This document shows, one piece after another, positions 15,002 through 20,845 of a stretch of DNA of 20,845 nucleotides. The stretch's first letter is position 1. Each line of letters begins with the position of its first letter. Under the pieces are notes generated by a model. It was not told the DNA's origin and did not search any database. It was given only the letters and a program-made list of their open reading frames with translations. The DNA is taken from IMG/VR virus record IMGVR_UViG_3300030060_005500. One strand, written 5' to 3'. The DNA comes from an uncultured virus (IMG/VR IMGVR_UViG_3300030060_005500) (Duplodnaviria > Heunggongvirae > Uroviricota > Caudoviricetes). The position numbers and the translations under genes are program-made.

Positions 15002-15295
15002 ATGGGACCTGAATATATCGCCATTATTTTCAGTGCAGTAATCTCCTCTCTTACAGGAGGTGGTTGGATAGCTAGTAAAGTATTAGACCGCCATCGTGAG
15101 AGATTGAAAGATGCTATACAAAGAGTAGAGAATCAGAGATTACGTATTAATGCCTTAGAAGAACATGTAAACCGTATGCCATTGGAGTATGTTTTGAAAG
15201 TGGATTTCGTAAGAGAATTGCAGGAAATGAACGATCATTTTAGAGCAATCCATAATAAGCTTGATAAACTGGTAGAAAAGCTTATAGACAAATGA
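15002..15295 (+). CDS. N-terminal TM plus coiled-coil protein (97 aa), possibly holin-like
   Basis: YIAIIFSAVISSLTGGGWIA TM segment; YVLKVDF...IHNKLDKL coiled coil; AGGAGG SD. Confidence 0.6.
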   Translation: MGPEYIAIIFSAVISSLTGGGWIASKVLDRHRERLKDAIQRVENQRLRINALEEHVNRMPLEYVLKVDFVRELQEMNDHFRAIHNKLDKLVEKLIDK

Positions 15296-15474
15296 GTTAT
15301 GTTTTAGAAGTAAGAGAAGCCTCAGACGGTGAGCTATCACTAAACTTACCTGAAGAAATACATAATGAACTAGGTTGGATTGACGGAGATTTGATTGAAT
15401 GGAATGTAAAAGGACCAGGTTTACTTTTGAATAGATTGAACGATCCTTTTAAATACGAAATAAACGAAGAGTAG
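15292..15474 (+). CDS. AbrB/MazE/SpoVT-like DNA-binding protein (60 aa)
   Basis: GELSLNLPEEIHNELGWIDGDLIEW matches the swapped-hairpin pattern G.l.i.lP..i...LGw..GD.l. Confidence 0.75.
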   Translation: MSYVLEVREASDGELSLNLPEEIHNELGWIDGDLIEWNVKGPGLLLNRLNDPFKYEINEE

Positions 15475-15500
15475 AATATTAAAAAAGTATGGTGTAAATC

Positions 15501-15986
15501 ATGGCTAATTTTGGTGGCGGGGCAGGACCGGGAAATAGTGCGTTCTTCCAAGAAGCCTTAAGTTCGACACGAGGAGTAACTCCTCAAGATATGAACCGTC
15601 TTATCGAAGCATATAAAAAAGAAGGTAGACCTTTACCAAATCTGAATCCTGCACAAGGAACTAATCCTGTACCTCTTGCAGTAGGTTTGGGAAGTATGGG
15701 ACAGGTAGGGAATATGGAAGGCATGAAATTGGCTCATGGTAGCCATAAACCTGCTTTTACAATTAACGGTATACCAAGATATGTAGGTGTAGAAATAGAT
15801 CCAGAGACTGGTGAAAAACTTCCAAGACACAATCCTGCTGAGCATAGAGGACCAGTAAATCCAAGTGGTGAAGAGATAAAGGAATTAAGACCAAAGGATG
15901 AAGAAATACCTTTGTACGGAATGCCTAGAACATTATCTAGCACTGCTTTTCCAATAGGGAATTATGGTAACAAGATGGTTAGTTAG
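15501..15986 (+). CDS. Hypothetical G/P-rich protein (161 aa)
   Basis: ORF track; TAGAAT at 15472-15477 upstream. Confidence 0.7.
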   Translation: MANFGGGAGPGNSAFFQEALSSTRGVTPQDMNRLIEAYKKEGRPLPNLNPAQGTNPVPLAVGLGSMGQVGNMEGMKLAHGSHKPAFTINGIPRYVGVEIDPETGEKLPRHNPAEHRGPVNPSGEEIKELRPKDEEIPLYGMPRTLSSTAFPIGNYGNKMVS

Positions 15987-15988
15987 AG

Positions 15989-16276
15989 ATGGCACAAGAT
16001 GATTCAAAATATACTAAACCTGCCCTTCGTGAACGAATAAAAAAACGTATCACGGCGGGCAGTAAGGGTGGAAAGCCCGGTCAGTGGAGTGCCAGAAAAG
16101 CTCAAATGGTTGCATCTGCTTACAAAAAAGCTGGTGGAGGCTACAGAGGAGGTAAGGGCAAAAAACAAAAAGACCTGAAGAAATGGGGTAAAGAGAAATG
16201 GATGACAAAGGACGAATACGAAAAAAGAAAAAAGGCAAAATCTGCCGCTAAAAAGTACAAAGATTCGAAAAAGTAA
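15989..16276 (+). CDS. DUF5872-like protein, N-terminal half
   Basis: YTKPALRERIK...GSKGGKPGQWSARKAQ...YKKAGGGY...LKKWGKEKW.TK. Confidence 0.75.
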   Translation: MAQDDSKYTKPALRERIKKRITAGSKGGKPGQWSARKAQMVASAYKKAGGGYRGGKGKKQKDLKKWGKEKWMTKDEYEKRKKAKSAAKKYKDSKK

Positions 16277-16277
16277 C

Positions 16278-16412
16278 ATGGAAATTCCTGCAAAGATAAA
16301 GGCCATGCCTAGTCAGTTAAGAAAGTCAGCTAAATTACATGCTGGACAGGCAGATGTCATGCAAGATTTTCTTGCTGATTTTGTTAAAGGGATGAAGAAG
16401 AAAGATGGCTGA
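16278..16412 (+). CDS. Small basic protein (44 aa, MEIPAKIKAMPSQLRKSAKLHAGQADVMQDFLADFVKGMKKKDG), not in the ORF track
   Basis: Translated by hand. Starts 1 nt after the upstream stop and overlaps the next start (ATGGCTGA). The LRKSAKLHAGQA motif is recalled from small phage proteins. Confidence 0.7.
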   Translation: MEIPAKIKAMPSQLRKSAKLHAGQADVMQDFLADFVKGMKKKDG

Positions 16413-16620
16413 TAAAGCTATTCGAAAAGGTTATACCAAGCGTTATTTACCACAAAGTGCTTGGGCGAAACTTTCTAAAAAAGAAAGAGAAGAAACCGAT
16501 CGTAAAAAAAGAGCTGGTAGTAGAAAAGGAAAACAGTTCGTAAAGAATACGAAAACGGCAGCAAAGGCTGGCAAAGCGGCTAGAGCTGCTAAGATGTATA
16601 AAGGTAAGCGTAAAAAATAG
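16405..16620 (+). CDS. DUF5872-like protein, C-terminal half
   Basis: KAIRKG.TKRYLP.SAWAKLS..E...TDRKKRAGSRKGKQFVKNT. Confidence 0.7.
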   Translation: MADKAIRKGYTKRYLPQSAWAKLSKKEREETDRKKRAGSRKGKQFVKNTKTAAKAGKAARAAKMYKGKRKK

Positions 16621-16622
16621 TA

Positions 16623-18965
16623 ATGGGTAACAACGATCCAAAAACTAGACTAAAAGAGATAGTAGACTCTTACCTCAATAAAGATGGTGGAGGAATGATA
16701 GACACTGGGATAGTGGCTTCACATCTTGCCCAGATGAAACTTTTCGGAATCAGACAAGGTGTAGAATTCTTCCCAGCTCAGGATAACTTTGGAAATCAAA
16801 GAAAAGATTTCGTAGATAGAGTGATTAAATATAACCAGCTTGATACTAGACTAGATTCTATATGGGATTATTTTCTTTGTGATGGACAAGGCATTTTTTA
16901 CATCAGACCCACTAAGACTAACTACAGACTATATTATTTTCGTAAGCATGAATATAGAAGCTATTACAATATTGACGGCCAGCTTGATGAAGTTGTAATT
17001 ATCTATAGCTATAAAGTAAGACAGGGCTCAGGTTATCAACAGGAGGTAATTAATCAAAGTATTAGTGGTCCTGATATGTTAGGGGCAGGAGGAGCTAAGA
17101 GATATATAAGATTATCTATTAAGAAGAAAATAATACAAGAGACCCATTCTGAAGGTGAAATATCCTTTGATTCCACCTATCAGGGATTAGCTGGTAAAAC
17201 TAAGACATTTACTAATACTCTAGGATTTATTCCTTGTGTAGAGATATTCAATAATGCAAAAGGATTCGCAGCTGAAGGCGTAGGTGAATTTGATGCGTTA
17301 GCTAATCATATCTGCACTCATGATGAAATGATACGCACTATGCGTAAGAACGTTCAGTTCTTTGGAAATCCTACATTATTATCCTCAAGACCTAAAACAG
17401 ATTTAATGGAGTCAGGAGAGTCTGTTGTTCAAAGGCCATCTATTGCAGCTAACTCTGGTTTTGCAGGAATGAACCCATTAAGCCAGTCTCGTTTTAAAGC
17501 TGATCCTCTAGCTCGTGGTGTTGATGGGCAGATACGAGTACCAAGAGTTATAGCTAATTTAGAACCGAATGATCGTGTAGGTTACATTGTTCCTGACGCT
17601 ATCACTGGTGATCAGAATTCTTTTTCTAGACAATATAGAGAAGAAATAAGAACAGCATTAGGTGGTGTTGACGAGTTGTCGATATCAGCTGGAGTAACAG
17701 CCACTGAATATAAATCTCTATTTGGTAGAGTTGCAGCCACTGCTAAGAAAAAGTCTGCTTCTATATATACATACGGTTTATGTCGTTGCTTAGAGTTAAT
17801 TATTTTCCAAGAAGAGCAACTCTTCCGTGAGACATTAGCTGCTGCTGTTGGGTTAGAAAAACCAGTTGATTTACCTGAGGATGCTTCTCCAGAAGAAATG
17901 GAATTATATGAAGGAGCTATGAAGTTTTATGAGGAGCAGATAAAGCAGTTACTCATGGCTTCTTTACAGGCTCAGCAGATACCGCCCGGAGTTAAAGGTT
18001 TAATCCCTGACGGGGATGTCAGCATCCAGTGGAGATGGCTTGGTCCTGTTTACGAAGATTCAACACAAGATACACTGAATAATTCTATTGTTGTAAGGAA
18101 TCTTCAAGAATTAGGCGTTGATAGCATAGAAGCATTGAAATACCTCTTTCCGTCTAAAACGGATGAGGAAAGGGCAGCCATGTTATCAGGGTTTCCTTTC
18201 AGAATGGTGAACGAACTGCAGGGTGCATACTCTCAGTTTGCAAAGTTAGTGGGGGGAATGATGCAGACCCCTCATCCGCAATCACCGGATTTACCGATGG
18301 CTGCAGATCCAAGATTGGATTTAACACCATATCTGTATCGAACATTAGAAGCATTACAAAAGGAGATGAGTTATGCAGGACGCTACCGTCCAATCGACCC
18401 CACAGATGAGCCAAGCACCAGCAGCGACAGTAGCTCCAAGCAGTTACGTGGCACAGGCTCCGCAGGCACCGGCACCAACTCAGGCACCGGCACCTCAGGC
18501 TTATCAAGTGGGTACGAGCTACCCACAAGCGGTACCTCAGGCAGCCCCCAGCTACCAATCAAGCCCTACTCAGTACGCCCCCCAATCCCAACCGGCGGCG
18601 GCACCGGAGGGCAATCCATGGGAATCGGCGTTCAACAAGGTAATGAACGTCCTGAGTACACCAGTTCAATCCCCGTTCCAGGGTCAACCCTCTCAGACGG
18701 AGACACAATACGCACCAGCGAATTACGGACAAGCCAACAGCGGCCTAACTACGCCAGCATCGGCTCCCCAGACCTTGTCAGCCAGCCAGGTATCCTCAGC
18801 CAACTCTTCCCAAACCTCCTCGAATCTCTCAGCGGCGGAGCTAGACGCAATCCAGACACAGATAGGAATGAGTCCAGAAAGCAGACAGGTGATGGACGCG
18901 TTCGGGGTAGAGGCACCAGCCGTTCTAAACCAGTACGCCCTAAACCTAGAAGGGATGCTAGATAG
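16623..18965 (+). CDS. Portal protein with a long C-terminal extension overprinted on the scaffold gene
   Basis: About 590-aa globular region between TerL and scaffold/MCP; LGFIPCVEIFN, GEFDAL and QFFGNPTL resemble portal motifs. Confidence 0.75.
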   Translation: MGNNDPKTRLKEIVDSYLNKDGGGMIDTGIVASHLAQMKLFGIRQGVEFFPAQDNFGNQRKDFVDRVIKYNQLDTRLDSIWDYFLCDGQGIFYIRPTKTNYRLYYFRKHEYRSYYNIDGQLDEVVIIYSYKVRQGSGYQQEVINQSISGPDMLGAGGAKRYIRLSIKKKIIQETHSEGEISFDSTYQGLAGKTKTFTNTLGFIPCVEIFNNAKGFAAEGVGEFDALANHICTHDEMIRTMRKNVQFFGNPTLLSSRPKTDLMESGESVVQRPSIAANSGFAGMNPLSQSRFKADPLARGVDGQIRVPRVIANLEPNDRVGYIVPDAITGDQNSFSRQYREEIRTALGGVDELSISAGVTATEYKSLFGRVAATAKKKSASIYTYGLCRCLELIIFQEEQLFRETLAAAVGLEKPVDLPEDASPEEMELYEGAMKFYEEQIKQLLMASLQAQQIPPGVKGLIPDGDVSIQWRWLGPVYEDSTQDTLNNSIVVRNLQELGVDSIEALKYLFPSKTDEERAAMLSGFPFRMVNELQGAYSQFAKLVGGMMQTPHPQSPDLPMAADPRLDLTPYLYRTLEALQKEMSYAGRYRPIDPTDEPSTSSDSSSKQLRGTGSAGTGTNSGTGTSGLSSGYELPTSGTSGSPQLPIKPYSVRPPIPTGGGTGGQSMGIGVQQGNERPEYTSSIPVPGSTLSDGDTIRTSELRTSQQRPNYASIGSPDLVSQPGILSQLFPNLLESLSGGARRNPDTDRNESRKQTGDGRVRGRGTSRSKPVRPKPRRDAR

Positions 18966-19380
18966 TGCTGTTCAATGGGGTAACCAAGCAAAAGGATTGA
19001 TAAAAGGATATGCAGATTTCGCAGTTCAGGAACATCAAGAGAATCTAGCTTATAACGAGATACTTACTAACCCAGATGTATTAAGTGACTATACACTTAA
19101 GTACTTTGGACCAGAGGGACCATGCCCTGTTTATGAGAATGAGCAGGAATTAGAGTCAAAAGGTTATCCAACAGCTCCAGTTGCTGAAGGTATAAATACT
19201 TCTGCAACACAGCCAGCGACTAACTTTCCAGCTCCTCCTGAGGCAGCTGCACCACAGCAGCCAGAAAACTTCTGGGGTACATTCACTGAGACAATGAGTC
19301 GTGACCCACAGAATGCATGGAGAATGCTTAACCAAGCACAACCAAATACCGTACAGAATAAATTATTCGTGATGGAATAG
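18373..19380 (+). CDS. Putative capsid scaffolding protein (335 aa)
   Basis: AAGGAG SD 7 nt before ATG; Q/A/P-rich disordered N-terminus and helical core; directly upstream of MCP. Confidence 0.7.
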   Translation: MQDATVQSTPQMSQAPAATVAPSSYVAQAPQAPAPTQAPAPQAYQVGTSYPQAVPQAAPSYQSSPTQYAPQSQPAAAPEGNPWESAFNKVMNVLSTPVQSPFQGQPSQTETQYAPANYGQANSGLTTPASAPQTLSASQVSSANSSQTSSNLSAAELDAIQTQIGMSPESRQVMDAFGVEAPAVLNQYALNLEGMLDSAVQWGNQAKGLIKGYADFAVQEHQENLAYNEILTNPDVLSDYTLKYFGPEGPCPVYENEQELESKGYPTAPVAEGINTSATQPATNFPAPPEAAAPQQPENFWGTFTETMSRDPQNAWRMLNQAQPNTVQNKLFVME

Positions 19381-19425
19381 AGCAAAGCTCTGTAGCAGTG
19401 CATACTTTTGTTTGTAAAAAATTAT

Positions 19426-19439
19426 GTACTGCTAAAATT
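19426..19439 (+). promoter_or_regulatory. Extended -10 promoter candidate for MCP (GTACTGCTAAAATT)
   Basis: TGn-TAAAAT; 13/14 identical to GTACTGATAAAATT at 9423-9436. Confidence 0.55.
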
Positions 19440-19519
19440 TAATTTATAGATAGGACTAAATACGTCTAATTCTTTTACCCGATAAAAACATTACTGCCGC
19501 CTTTGGAGGATAAAGCAAA

Positions 19520-20683
19520 GTGTTCATTGATAATGACTTTCCAAAAATATTAGGTGCGGAACTATATCGTCCCCACCCAGCTTATGTTGCGGAAATGGCT
19601 ACCGAACCTGTTGTTGTTCATGACTTCAGCAGACAGCCTGGTCAAACCGTTCAGCTTGATAGATACAAATTCTGGGGTACACCAGGTACGAAAGATTCTA
19701 GAGAGCGTATTTCTGATCAGACAATTGGTACCGCAAATAGCCGTAACATCACAAAAGAAAAGGTACTTGTAGTACTTAAAGAGTACACAGGTCCTGCAGA
19801 TCCAGGTGATGCTACACAGCCAAGCACATTCAAGATAGCTCGTGAAACATTAGTTACAGCACAACGTCTTCTTTTAGACACTGGTAACTTAAACATGTTT
19901 CACCAGAGTATCGGCTCTCTAACCCTTTTAGACGATTATAGAAGGTGGCGTGATAGAGTCTTCATCGACGAACTTGCAAAAGCAGAAGCTAACGGTTTAT
20001 CCTCCTCTACACAGGGTGGATATTATTTTGCCGGTAGCAAAACAAAAGATTCTTCTGGACGTATTTCATATACAGCAACAGAATATGGTAATCAAGTGCA
20101 GCAGTTCTCAGTTAAGACTGATCTTTTAACTGTTGTTAAAGACTTACGTAAGCGTAACGTTCCAACATATGCAGATGGTCTGTATCGTTGTTTAGTTGAT
20201 CCATCTTTCATGATGCATCTGCGTCGTGACAGTGACTTCAGAGAAATCGCTCGTTACTCTGGTGCTCCAGGACAGGGAATGTATATGGGTAACCCCATGA
20301 TTCCTAACAACGCTAGTTTCTTCCAAGGACCTCAGGCTGGTCAGGCTTACTTCCTAGCAGGAGAGCCAGTTATGCCAACTGGTGTTCAGTTTGAAGGTGT
20401 TAAGTTCTTCGAGACTACTAACTTCCCAACTAAGAACGTAACAGCATCTATTGATGGTGGTAGTAGCTATTCTTCATTAGAAGTAGCACAAGGATTCTTC
20501 TTTGGACCACAATCTCTCGGTGTTGGAATTGGAGGACCAAACGCACAGGTACTAATTAATAACAACGACGATTTTAGCCGCTTTATCATTCTGATTTGGC
20601 AACTATACGCTGGTTTTGAAATTCTTAATAAGGACTTCATCACAACTGCATTTAGTTTCTTAACAGATGACGGTAGTATCTAG
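19520..20683 (+). CDS. Major capsid protein (HK97 fold, N4-gp56-like)
   Basis: 387 aa; GGAGG SD with GTG start; PGQTVQLDRY E-loop-type motif; LRKRNVP...GLYRCLVDP...LRRD pattern; follows portal and scaffold. Confidence 0.9.
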   Translation: MFIDNDFPKILGAELYRPHPAYVAEMATEPVVVHDFSRQPGQTVQLDRYKFWGTPGTKDSRERISDQTIGTANSRNITKEKVLVVLKEYTGPADPGDATQPSTFKIARETLVTAQRLLLDTGNLNMFHQSIGSLTLLDDYRRWRDRVFIDELAKAEANGLSSSTQGGYYFAGSKTKDSSGRISYTATEYGNQVQQFSVKTDLLTVVKDLRKRNVPTYADGLYRCLVDPSFMMHLRRDSDFREIARYSGAPGQGMYMGNPMIPNNASFFQGPQAGQAYFLAGEPVMPTGVQFEGVKFFETTNFPTKNVTASIDGGSSYSSLEVAQGFFFGPQSLGVGIGGPNAQVLINNNDDFSRFIILIWQLYAGFEILNKDFITTAFSFLTDDGSI

Positions 20684-20720
20684 TAAATAAAATAAGTAAA
20701 TAAAAACTAAGGAGAAATAA

Positions 20721-20845
20721 ATGTCTTATTTATCAGCTAAGAAAATATACCCTGGTAACTTTACAGAGGCACTGAATGGTTGGTACAAGAATATTGATAC
20801 TAACGATGATTCCTCTAATGACAAGAGTGTAGGAGGTCCTACTTC
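20721..20845 (+). CDS. 5' part of the next structural gene (MSYLSAKKIYPGNFTEALNGWYKNID...), truncated by the window
   Basis: AAGGAG SD; frame open to the window end. Confidence 0.8.
   Translation, partial: MSYLSAKKIYPGNFTEALNGWYKNIDTNDDSSNDKSVGGPT

Noticed and set aside
18450..18510. DNA tandem repeat (CAGGCACCGGCACC twice)
   Set aside because: Explained by QAPAP low-complexity coding in the scaffold.
5817..19772. Minus-strand ORFs within the late module (5817, 6014, 7033, 9096, 9397, 10361, 11017, 12455, 12484, 12874, 15155-16641, 18199-19403) and nested + ORF 19554
   Set aside because: Antisense or out-of-frame shadows of a densely packed, coupled + strand operon.

Overview
A 20.8-kb segment of a tailed dsDNA phage genome, most likely a cyanophage (inferred from a consensus RpaB/HLR1 site and the gene content; no database check was possible). 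Left part (1-3450, minus strand): an early/accessory operon of small, tightly coupled ORFs, including an SSB-like OB-fold gene and a DUF4236-like gene. Most of its intergenic spacers hold a structured RNA element. The clearest is a complete type II hammerhead ribozyme with pseudoknot (1934-1997). A minimal tRNA-like element (2481-2534) lies on the other side of the SSB-like gene. Middle (2890-3930): a control region with a TATGGGATT motif repeated three times, strand-biased GAGCG repeats resembling primosome assembly sites, a consensus HLR1 site, and G-tracts/A-tracts that could mark an origin or packaging site. Right part (4241-20845, plus strand): the morphogenesis module, with a long run of putative internal/ejection proteins, several lysine-rich miniproteins, putative TerS, TerL, an AbrB-like protein, a split DUF5872-like gene, portal, scaffold (overlapping the portal ORF by 593 nt in another frame) and major capsid protein. 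Five short ORFs missing from the supplied track were added and four start codons corrected.
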